A stretch of DNA of 64,000 nucleotides, taken from the NCBI GenBank assembly GCA_050084985.1, contig JBITNC010000001.1, forward strand, positions 89,404,001-89,468,000, in the 5' to 3' direction. Positions within the stretch are counted from its first letter, which is position 1. Each line of letters begins with the position of its first letter. Below the pieces are notes generated by a model, which saw only the letters and a list, made by a program, of their open reading frames with translations, did not search any database and was not told the DNA's origin. Both the position numbers and the translations under genes were made by a program. The DNA is from Nageia nagi. Its lineage: Eukaryota; Plantae; Pinophyta. This document shows positions 12,501 through 24,500 of the stretch, piece by piece.

Positions 12501-15500
12501 ATGAACATCCTCTTCACTCCTGCTCTTTTAGAATACTGGCTCTGAAGGCTAACAAAGTTGGTAGCGAATCGTGTGATTCCAGGTCACATGATGTTCTTCC
12601 CTTCCTTGTTTAGCCTCAACAAGTTAAGAATCTAGGAGTGGTTATAGATGAATTTGGTGAGCTTTCTAGCATTGGATACACACTCCTTCACCCAATATAA
12701 TTTTCCAATATCCTCCAATATAAGTCTATGCCATGGGCTGCACAAGGTGTTAAAAAAATCGAGGGAAAGTTTTCCTCAATATGTTTTTCTGCATTTACAT
12801 ATGAAGCTGCATTATCGATAACAACCTGGACCACATTTTTTGGCCCAACCTCTCATATCACCCACTCCAACAACTCATAAAGAGTCCTACCAATTTTCAT
12901 TTTATTTGAGGCATCCACTAACCTCAAAAAAACAATGCCTCCTACTGATGCAACCAGGAAGTTAATTAGTGTCCTCCCTCTCTTATCCGTCCAACCATCG
13001 TACATGATCGTGTGGCCCTTCATACCCCACACCTCCTTTTGCTCATCAACAATGACATCCACATCCTTAATTGTGTTCTCAAGTAGTGTGTCACGCAAAT
13101 CATGTGCTGTGGGGGGCTTATACCCAGCTCCAACAGTAGTTAGGGCGGTCACCATGGCGGTCACCATGGCAACAAAAAATGGTGAATCAGCAACATTGAA
13201 AGGTAAGTTGCAGTAGTACTAGAAATTGGCAATAGCCTTACTGGCCTCTGCATGCATCTCTTTGTTCCACCCTGTACCTTCCAGTGTTGGCTTCCCACTA
13301 GGAACATTTTGTGGCACAAGAAAAGATGCTATGGATGGTGTGCGAGAATACTATCCAACCTTAGCAGAATTGCGAACTCTAGGCCCAACAATAGTAGCTT
13401 GTGCACTAGGAATAGGAGGTGGGCTGTTGAGTGCTTGACCTTATGCAAGTTTTTGGGCAGCTCTTTCTTGCTTCCTCTCAAAAAAAGTCTCCAGTATGGT
13501 ATTCATTTGGTGTTGCACTTCGGGGGGCACTTGAGGGCAGTCCTAAACATCTCTCCTAGAAATTTAGGCTAGATGATATTTCACACAATTTATCCCACAA
13601 CATATCTCCTTGTCACAATAGTTGCAATGAATGACACCCACTACTTGCTTTACATGTTTCCATCTTGTATCCTCTTTACCAGTTTGTCCCATTTTCTTGG
13701 ATTGAAATAAAACAGAAAAATAAATGACAAAAATTTATTTGTTAGTTGTTAGCAAACTTTAAATGCTTCAGATTTTTGATACACCAGATCAATTTTCATT
13801 GCAAATGTAGAGCATACTCTCCTTAGTATTTAAAAAAATATTTAATAAACTAATTTAGCCTTTGATTTCTGATACACCAGATCAACATATGTTGCAAGTG
13901 TAGAGCATACTCTTCTTAGCATTTTAAAAAAATCAAGAAACCAATCTAGCCTCAAATTTCTGATACACCAAATCAAAATATGTTGCAAGTGTAGGGCATA
14001 CCTCTTCAGTAGACTTTAATGGTTGCAAAAGTAAAAGGGTTCATTCATTTTAATATTCCAACAACATTCTTGTAAAGGTATGCAAAAAAACAAACTTGGG
14101 CTGTAGCTAGCTGGAGATGGTTGGGTTGAATACTGTTAACAACAAATTGTTGAAGACTCTTGCACTCTCCTCTCCTTGCTTGATGCCTTAGAAGATTGCT
14201 TTGGAATGAAAAATGACTTTGTGTGTTGTTGAGTGACCCCCCCCCTCGAATTTATAGAACTTTTTCATGAGTTTTTGTTTCCTGTCGATTTTTTGGGTCG
14301 AGATGCACGATTTTGGAGATTAACCCCCAACATTTATTCAGCTTAGAAAGCGGTCAAAAATCGGATATTCTTTTGATGCAATTTCTGGGGAGTTTTTTGC
14401 CAACATTTGTTTAGGCCTGGAATGTCAATAATTGACAATTAATCTGACTACTTGTTGAGTTTTAAAACACTAGTATAGATTACTATCCAATAGTGGAAGC
14501 TTGGAGACTTCTCTATTGGGTACCCCTATGGACTATTGTTTTGTGCCTTTCTCTTTCTTTTCCAAGGAGCTTCTAGAGCTTGGAGTCTTTTGTTTGTCCT
14601 ATTCACTATTTGGCCATTTCCTCATACTACTCTTCCTAGAGGCCTTTGCTTCAATTTGCCTTGCCTCATTGTTAATTTCCCCCAAAACTTCCAGCAATTC
14701 CACCTCTTCTTGGGACTTTGGGTTGTTACTCAGCATGGACGGGCTCCCAAGTTCTAATAGCATGGATTGAAGATACTTGTTTCTTACCGCTTCTTGTTCT
14801 AGATGCAATCCTCTGAGTGTCAACTTTGTCTATCCCTTTATCAATTTTAGTTGCTTCATTCTTCCTTGGTCTTGGATCTCGAGGCTTCCTTCCTATTACT
14901 TTCGACTTGCTTAGCTGTAGGAGTTTGTAAGCTGCACAAACCTCTGCCTCTTTGATCTTTTGTGCTCCACTTCCTTTCTTTTTGGGTTTGCTGCTAGAAT
15001 CTCCTTTTTCTAAACCAAACTTTGTTTTTGTCTTCTTGAGGACCGCTAATGTGGTACACTCCTCAATCCCCTCTTTGTCCCCTTTGGAGTTTGATGATGG
15101 CCAAGGCTCAAAAACCTACCCTTCGACTAGGATTTTGATTCTAGGGGATCTCTTTGGCCTTTTAGCTAAGGCTATGTCATACATAAGCTTAATAATAGTC
15201 TCATGAAGAGGGACACTAATGAAATTCTCCTTAAATGTTTTCACTAAAATAGCTAGAGAAATAAGAATGAAGAAGGGGAAGTTTACTCTGTCAGTGGCTC
15301 GGAACTTGAAGTGGTTGATAAGGCCCAAGTGATATGCAAGCACGACTTTATGTCTCCCCTCCAAAGTGACATATCTCATGAGGGCCCTCGCGACCTTGTC
15401 CCATGGGTTAGGGAGACTAATTCTTTCCACCCTTGTTTCGTATTTGTTCAACATCTAACCTTTCCTTAGGGACTTCTGAAATTTGCCCCTCATTGCTAAT

Positions 15501-18500
15501 TTATTAACCTTCCCCTCTTGCGGATTTCAATTCCAACATTTAGCATGTGTATAGCTTATGAGATAGACTTTGTAGTGTATGAGAATTGCAGGTCATTAAC
15601 TTTGCATGTGCCTTCCCTCCAAGAGTCTACGACGTCTATAAATAATTGGTGATCAAATCCTTTGCAAGCCAAGATAAATTCCCTCATTCCTCGGTTACAA
15701 AGGATATGCCAAACCACTCCATTTTTTTGAACTTCCTCTAGAGATTGGGATTCGGTTTTTACTAAATCCCCTTCCATTGTTCTTTCCTTAACTGCTTCGG
15801 GCCTTAGTGAAACGTAAGCAGGTATAAGTCACTCTTTGCAACTAGAGCTCGACTCTGTAAATGGGCATAAAACCACTTCCTATAGATGCTTCATTCTTTC
15901 TAATAGGTGGCAGAGGTCTTTTCATTATTAAGGCTTCACGTAGGTCACTTCATGCCAATCAAAGGGAGGTGAGCCATTTGTCCACTCGTTTGAGTAGGTG
16001 TAAGAGCCATCATTATTCTAACTTGCCTTGGAGTTTGGAGATTACCTTTCGTTTTGAATGTTGTAGACCTGCTTATTGCTTTGGGACTAAACGCTAAGCC
16101 AAATTAAGGAGGGCCCCATCTTTCTTACCAACTAACATATGCAATCTAATATGACATGTAAACTCAAACACCTCTTGGTGTGTCATCCTAGCTTGAATGG
16201 AGTGAGACAAAGTTTCAAACCTGCTAAGGAGGATAAGTTAAAGATCAAGTTGAGCTATCGATAAGAGGAAGATAAATTCGGACTGATGGAAGTAAATGGG
16301 TCAAAGAGAGGAGGGGAGCTCGCCTTCAAGATGTTCACATTATCTCCCCCTCTAACCTACCTGTTCTACCCCAACCTCCACCCAGTATATTTGTTACTTT
16401 TTACTTGTCTTAACGTTTTAAAATATAGATTCCTGCAACTATACGCTCTCAAATGTTTTAACCATAGTTGTCAGAGTTGGACTTGATGCATACTTGATGA
16501 GGTCCACTCGGACTTGGGAAAAAACCACGACTAGACTCGACAAAAACTCGACAAAAGAAAAAAGGATTAAAAAAAAGATATTTTCACTGGAAACATAAAT
16601 TTTTTCAATTGCATATTTCTTACTACTGTTGTTAGTGTCTTCTAGAAGCCTACATACTCAACATTAACATTATACAATTTACAATATACACAATCATAAA
16701 TAAGAAATGGCGAATATGAAAAGGCATATGTTTGTACTTTGTATTCATCAAAAAGTTAAAAATTCACAATACAAAATGTGCCTATGATGGCTGCAAAATA
16801 CAAAATTACACAATCTATAATGGCTGCAAATTTCACAAAATGTGTTTATGATGGCTGAAAAATACAAAATCAACCAATGTATGATGGCTGGAAAATTCAT
16901 TCATTCTTTTTGTTTTTCCCCTTTGTCATTGGAGTTAGGTGGTGTTTGGAGCATTCCTAATGGTTTTGTGGAAATTGTTTCTTGTTGAACCTATCACAAA
17001 ATGTATCGTGCATCTCTGGGAAGGCATATCTTTTTGTAGAGACATTCAATTGAGGTAATTCTTTTTCCATTGGGTAGCATTCGAAGAGACCTTTCTAATG
17101 AGTATACACATGTTTAAATAATGTTTTTTTTAATGTTTTTAAGTCACTTTTTCAAATTTACTTTGTTGGGGACTGGACTTGCCAGACTCGGCCAGACTTG
17201 CCAAGACTCGTAGAATCGCGAGTTTGAGTGGAAAAAATTGTTTTAGGTGTCTCGGACTTGCCTAGTCTCGCGATTTTTGGCGATTTTGACTACTTTGTTC
17301 TAAACCATAAGTATTTGTTACTTGTTAGCCATTAGGTATATATTAGATATATAACAGATTCTAAATAGAGTTCACACAAACTTCAGTGATTACATACATG
17401 AGAACCTATCCTTGAATCACAATTAACAAATATACATAATCCACCAATTTATTCCTATTTTATTCATTATAACAAATACAGAAAACGTGTACAATCTGTA
17501 AAGATTGACGTGATTATCTGGTTTACATTTTGCTACCCAACAACCCATGTGCCAACTGTCAGCATGGTTAGGCAGAGCCAGCAACACATATGCAAAAGTG
17601 CCCAATATGTATTCCCTGCTGCATCCATGCCTATAATCAAATGCTGCAGGGCTTGTACAGGCTAAATGAGTTCTGAACAATGTCCTCAGCAGCAACCATG
17701 CCTATTCATAGGGGCCATCTAGGCAAAAGCAGTGCTTAACAGCCTTTCTTGGTTGCAGGAACAGTCAGAGGTTCACATAGAACAAGAGAAGTGTTGAAAG
17801 GCCATCTCTGGCTTTAGTTTGGCTATCCTTAGGGCTTATGTATCCAAAATAAGTCCTGAACAATCATGATGTTGACATCCGTATCTGCAGAACTTGCTAT
17901 GCAAAATAAATGTTAAATGGCCATCAAAGCTGTGGCAAGTGTATTATTCAAAGTGGTCTCCCCATCACCATAGGAGCTCTTATAACAGTTTTATAACTTC
18001 TTTGTGCACTTAGTCATATTGCCAATTATTAAGATTATCTTCAGATTTTATCACACTATTACTAATTTAATCACATGTTCTTATCTCAGTAATGAACTTG
18101 GAAGTGTGTTTCATAAGGCAGTTCATTGTATGTTTTGCACTCATGTATAATGCACAGTATAATAACCCACATGAACCATAAATGAAAGCTATGTTATATA
18201 ATAATTAAAGGCCATATCATGATTTCATGCCTGTTTAATGATTTTATCCATGTATTATAATCTATATTTGACAATTTTCATGCTTCCTTAAAATTCCAAT
18301 GTCATTATTGTCATGAAAATGTATATTCTTTCTAAAGGTAAGATTATCACAATGCTTGTCACGACATTCTGTATCAATGTATTTGGCCATATCTCCTCTG
18401 TAAATATCTGGAAGCTATTTTTCAAATCATATGTTGGGTCATATTCTTATACTGTAACACACATTTTGCATATTTCAATTTCGGTCATGCAGCGTTTTCT

Positions 18501-21500
18501 TTTTGTTTTCATGTTTATTGAATTATAAGTTGGGTAGATTAAGCATTAGGTTTTGGTCATGTAAACATGTAGAAATTAAAGATGTCATGCACCGTCGTCT
18601 TTATTTCATTAAATTATTTTGTACATAATATGCTTCTCGTCAGGTGGGGGTCTCATGTGGGTGCCAGTATATGTATATACTTTCTGTTTTCATATAGCTA
18701 CATTAAATGCTCTCTGTGTTCTTGTATATGCCTGTATTATGTGTATTTACATTAGAGACAATGCATGGTTCTTTTTGTAGTGCTTTTCACCATACGCGTG
18801 AATCATGGGCTTGAAATGCTTGATAATATGTTTTTTCTTTGAAAGTACGGGCATTTAGATAGATGGTTCATAGTAACGGCTAATTCTGAGAGGTCTATTA
18901 GGTGAGACACAAAACCTGAAGCTATAAAATTATTACATGCAAGGAGATGTAGCCTCAACATTGATAAGTTTATGACAAGCATAATTCAACAGAGACACCA
19001 CATGTTTGAATTTCATGTCTTCATTTTGAAGTCCTTATTCCTGACCTATGATAAATAGTTTCAGAGTTTTATAAATGTTTCAAGTTATTCTAAAAATATT
19101 TGATTTCCTGTCATGAAGGAGGTATTTTACTACTTGAAGTGGATCGCATGTTGAGAGGTGGAGCCTATTTTGCATGGGCAGCACAACCAGTATACAAACA
19201 TGAACCAAATCTTCAAGAGGCTTGGAAAGGTACTGTAAATGTTGGAGCAAGATCCACTAAAGAATTCACTTTTTGAACATCGTAGCATATTGCCATATAT
19301 ATTGAGTCAATACTTCCAATGAATCTACCTTTTTTATGTATAATATGTTCCAAACGAAATATTTCTTAAGAAGGTGCAATGTTTTCTTTCTTGGTTTGAT
19401 TACTATTCTATTTGTGACTTCAAAACTGGCTGGGCACAATCAATATACAAAGTTCTTGAGTAGTTGAACTATGCTACTTTTTGAATCGTATGGGTACATG
19501 CATCAAAATTTCAATAGAAACGTTTCTACTTATTCCTGTATCCCATATCTTTTTCTAGAGAAAAGGGGGATATGAAAATAAATATTTTTTTATTGTGCAT
19601 TAAGTGCCCTTCAGATACATATATCACTGCCATTTAGAACTAACCTGTATGAGGTAATCAATCCAGTGTTTGGAGAGGAAGTGACAGCACTACCCCAGGG
19701 ATCTTCTTGGCTCAGCATAGCCAGTTCCAGGATGGCCTCCTTTAGTGGACACTTGGGGAAGGGTGCCTTGATGTCTGGACATTCCCAAGGTGTCCTTGCA
19801 TCCCCATCATTCCCAATGGATGGCTAGGTCTCACTTAAAATTCTTGGGGATGACCATCTGCACCCAGGGACATGATAGCATGAATAAAGCACATAAATTG
19901 ATTCAAAAACATTAATAAAAGTGCTGGTAGCCCGCTGTGGCCGACCTTTTTTAAATACACCTCCAAAACACCAATGGACCCTAAACATCACATTTTGAGA
20001 AATCAAGGAGGAAGAAACAGCAGCAGAGGAGCTTATTTGTAAGGTGAGTCGGTGAGCAAGTGTGAGGGCATGGTGCTGCTGCACCCAAAAGTGCAAAGTC
20101 AAACAAACTTGGTATCCTCTCCTATGTTTTATGAGATATTGCAAAGGTGCCACACATACCCAAGAAACCATTGCTATAGTTTGTTACAAAAAGAAGGCAA
20201 GGAAAAGAAGTTTGTGGTGCTCCATTGCTGCAGCTTGTGACTTTTTATTTGACCATTGGTCCACCTATTTAACAGTTTGATGATTACTGTTTAGGATTTA
20301 CATGATATATGATATTTGGATCAATGTGATTTTTTCATTATTTTATGATTCATTCAATATCGATATCATGAATTAGTTCAAGTTGCTTGTTGTTGACATG
20401 TTTTGAAGATATATTTGTATTAAATTGTTTATAGATGCATTGGTATGGTGGAGAATTTATATTTTATGTATAAGGAATTTAATGTTCCATAGTTTGAATT
20501 CTATTTTGTTCCATTTTGTACACTTCCCATGCTCGGAATTTTATTTTGTTCCATTTTGGATGCACTTCCCACACTTGCAATTTTATTTTGTTCCATTTTG
20601 GACTCACTTCCCACGCTCACACATCTCCAACAATTACTACGTGGTAGATTGATTCTTCACCTACTGGCATTTATTTCCTTTGGAGGCGTGTAGTTGATCT
20701 CTTAATGCACACAATTTGATCAAATCTCCCTTGGAGGCACAAATATGGACGCCCATCCCTTTGTGATAGATTTCATTTATGTTCTAATTCTCTGAGCGGA
20801 ATGTAATTCGTTAGATCTCTTGGAGTCTCAAACACTCTATTTTCTTCTTTCTATAAATAGGGACTTTGTTTCCCATTGTAAGTAATCAAGAGAGAATATT
20901 CTAACGTTATGTTGGCTTTTTGAGCACTCATAATAGAAAACATTTTGTTTCCACTGCAACTCTCTGTTTTTAGTCTCTTTGTGTGGTTGAGGGATTGTGT
21001 ATGACTCAGGTTATTCATGCAAGCATCTTGAAGTTGATTTGAGGTATTTCTAATAGTGAAGTCCATGTTTTAGCTATTGGGTGTTGATCAGATTCTCGTT
21101 TTGTGCTTCTGTTTGTGAAATATCATGGTTTGTCTTGTTGCCTTTTCTGGAGTCTCAAACAAATTTGAATGCTTAAGTCTTCAACTTAGCTCTTCATCCT
21201 CTTGATTTTCCTTGCGAGAATCATGTCCAAACCAGATCTCCTGCTTTGTAGTTGTTGAATATGTTTTTTTAGACCTTTTCCAGCATTACCGAACCTCCAT
21301 TTTCAAGACAGAATGTGTTTTATGCTTCTTGGGAGCTTTCCTTGCTTGTCGGACATATTTTTGGTGCTTTGCTATGCCGTGCTGTGTTGCACCTTACCGT
21401 GCCTTACAAAGCCTTTCCGTGTTGTGTTCATATTTTTGCTGACATCATCACTCTTACCACCTGACACTTAAGTGTTTTTCATGCCTTATCGATCCCTAAT

Positions 21501-24500
21501 CGAACTTGTGCTGACGTCATTGCTCATACTTGCCTGACATTGAGTGTATTTCATCGTGCCTTGGCCAAGTCTCTGATTAGTTGTCATCATCATCTTTCGT
21601 TCGACACTCAAGTGCCTTCACCGATGCTTCTTTTGCTTTACTGACACTTTTAAGGACTTATGTTGACGTCATAGTTCCTATTGCTTGACACTTAGCACTT
21701 CCCTTGTCATGCCACTTTTAAGGACTTATGCTGACCTCATAGAGGTCATGGAAGAGGTGACCATGGTAGAGAAAGAGGCCGCTCAGAAGGCCATAGCTAG
21801 AGCTTAGCCCCTTGACATTGTGACTTCTGTGGTAAAAACAATCACATAGAACAACAATGTTTCCAAAAGAAGAAGAAACAACCCAAAGCCAACTTCACTG
21901 AAGAATTCGGGGACTTCAAATTGTTTTTGACTCACAACAACTTCGAAGCAGTTGATGATTAGATATGGTACCTAGACAATGGTTGTTCGAATCACATGAC
22001 TAGTAACAAGAACGTGTTTGTACAACTTGAAGAAAATGGCTCTGAACAAGTCATGTTTGGTGACAACAATCAGGTTAGCATAGCCAACAAAGGATCTATT
22101 CTTTTAAAGCAAAGTCATGCACATGCATGATACATTGTATGTTCCGGGGCTGAAGCATAATCTTTTGACCATTGGTCAGATGTGCTTGAAGAACTACTCG
22201 ATAGTCTTAAAGAAGAAGAGTTGCACCATTATGAATGAGACCAATCGCAAAGTAGTTGCCATATTCTCATGTATGAGAATAGAATGTATATGCTCAAGAT
22301 GCAGCCAATGATAGTTAAATGTCTTAAAACAAGTATGGGATCAAGCGACAATATACAATTGCCTATACTCCTTAGTAGAATGGTGTTGCAGAAAGGAAGA
22401 ACTGGACGGTTGTTGAAATGGCCTTGTGCATGCTGAAGGAGATGGGCATGGACAACAAATTATGGGGGGAAGCTGTTCACATTGTTGTTTGCTGTTTACA
22501 TCTTGAATTGTTGCTCCACCAAGGTTATGTGGGATTCAACCCCCTACGAGGCTTGGTTTGGCAAGAAACCAAGTATCTCACGCCTTCGAATCTTTGGCCT
22601 ACCTGTTACCTTTACATTCCTAAGGAGATTAGAAAGAGTTTGTATGAAAAATCAATCAAATGTATCTTTGCGGGATACTCTAATGAGTCCAAAGCATAGA
22701 GGTGTTAAGATTCACTTGTTGGTAAGCTGCACATCAATAGTGATGTGATCTTCTTCGAGGAGTTTAGTCCAAGGGTTTTGATACTTTGACATCGTCCCTG
22801 AGTTCGAAGACTTCAGTTCCTCTGATCTAACAGAGCCCCATTAACCTTCCCACCCTCAACCCCCCAACACCTTGATAGCTCCTCCTCCTTCCAAGAAGAT
22901 GATTGCATGAGATCATCCACAATCTCAAATGTTGGATGATGATTTAACTAGGCATGTGACCCGACAACAATCAAGGGGGAGGATCATATCACCAACTATG
23001 CCTTGATGTCTTCTAACCTCATTGAACCTTCCAACTTCATAGAAGTGGCGACAAATAAAGATTGGAAAGCGACAATGGAAGACGAGATAGAGTAGATCCT
23101 CAAAACAAGAACATCATTAAAGCCAAGTGGATCTACAAGCTGAAGCACAATGTTGATGGCAACATTGCAAAACACAAAGCTCGGTTGATTGCTAAGGGCT
23201 ATGTCTAGAAAGAAGGCTTGAATTTGCACTTGTTGCTCGCATTGTGATGATCTGCTCTCTTCTTGCTTTAGCTTCCCATTTTTATCTTATAGTCTACCAA
23301 ATGGATGTCAAGTCAGCTTTCTTGAATGGATAAATAAGTAGAAGTGTATATGAATCGATCCCAAGGACTCACAATTGCCGGACATGAAGATAAAGTGTAC
23401 AAGTTGAAGAAAGCTCTTTATGGGTGTAAACAAGCACCACACACATGGTACTCTCGGATTGACACCTACTTCCATCAAAATGGTTATCATAGATGTTTAG
23501 TGGAAGCTACACTCTACATTGTTGTGCCTACACAACGCCCCCCAATTTTTTTTGCATTTTTGAGGACCCTCATACAATTGAAAAATGATAAAATTGCATG
23601 TTTTGTTGAAACAGGTCCCAAAAGTCACTTTTCCCCTTGGGCGCATGTTTTTGAGTGAGTGCTTTTACAATTTCGTGTTTTAAATGTGCATTTTCATGTC
23701 TAGTTCACTCCCCATTGTCAAAACATGGCATTCTCCTCATTGCATATCATCCTGGGATCATTTTGGTCATTTTTGAGAAGTTTTGGCAAGTTTTGGACTT
23801 GGGCACATGGATTTGGCATACTGAAAAATCACCCTCTTGAAAAGGTGCGAGCATTTTCAACACTTGGCATTTTTGTTTGGAAAAATAGCTTGAGCGCATG
23901 GTTTTTGGGGAGTGCAAAAGCACTCACCCAAAATGATGCACCTACCCTTCATGTGCATGAAAATTGGTTAAGTGCCAAAATTCTGGAACGTTCATTATGA
24001 GCTAAACAAGTGTTCCACCATGCATTGGGCCTTCATTTGCACCTGTTAGCATGTGACACCTGTCCATATGGGTGCATAGGCTATAAAAGGGGGGTCAACT
24101 TGATTATGTATGCATTTTGGTCAAATTGCTCCATCATGTGTTAAGTTTTGCGTGCATTGAAGGGAAGTACTACTTGAAATTGGTGCGCCTCATTCTAAAA
24201 GACATTTTTGAAGCATTTTTCTTGGAATTTCACTTTACTTGCGCCATTTAAGGCACCATGAAAGTTGTGCGCAGGTTTTTTCAAGAGGTGAAAAAGCACC
24301 CATCCATTTTGATGTGCTAGCCTCCTAGACGTCCAGATCTGGGACCAAGGTTTTTTGTCTAAGTGTGAAATTTTGCATCTTGGGCCTAGGTGCATTTTTT
24401 CCAAGGAGTGCAAAAACACATTGTTTTTGTTGCGCCTAGATTTTGGAAACATAATTCAAATGTAATTTCCTAGGTGTTGTGTTGACCCCAGGCGCAAGGA

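Larger units (their letters stand above)
10243..16430 (-). mobile_element. Poly(A)-tailed, TSD-flanked non-LTR insertion with an Athila-accessory-type ORF (split by hAT)
   Basis: T-rich tail 10243-10260; flanks TCCTAGCAACTATA (10229-10242) and TCCTGCAACTATA (16431-16443); degenerate minus-strand ORF from ATG 15777 through 15116..15454 ([21 protein letters not shown]...[10 protein letters not shown]), probably continuing in 10666..10884. Confidence 0.6.

Noticed and set aside
10904-14481. 8-bp TSD for the large hAT
   Set aside because: Flanks do not match at any plausible boundary, so the ends are given as approximate.
17480-18000. Higher-complexity intronic segment that might be a captured gene fragment
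   Set aside because: The frames I translated are interrupted and show no recognisable motif; needs BLASTX.
19440-20460. Possible hAT-type MITE and exon-like stretch before the copia LTR
   Set aside because: Could not define TIRs, TSD or a protein match.
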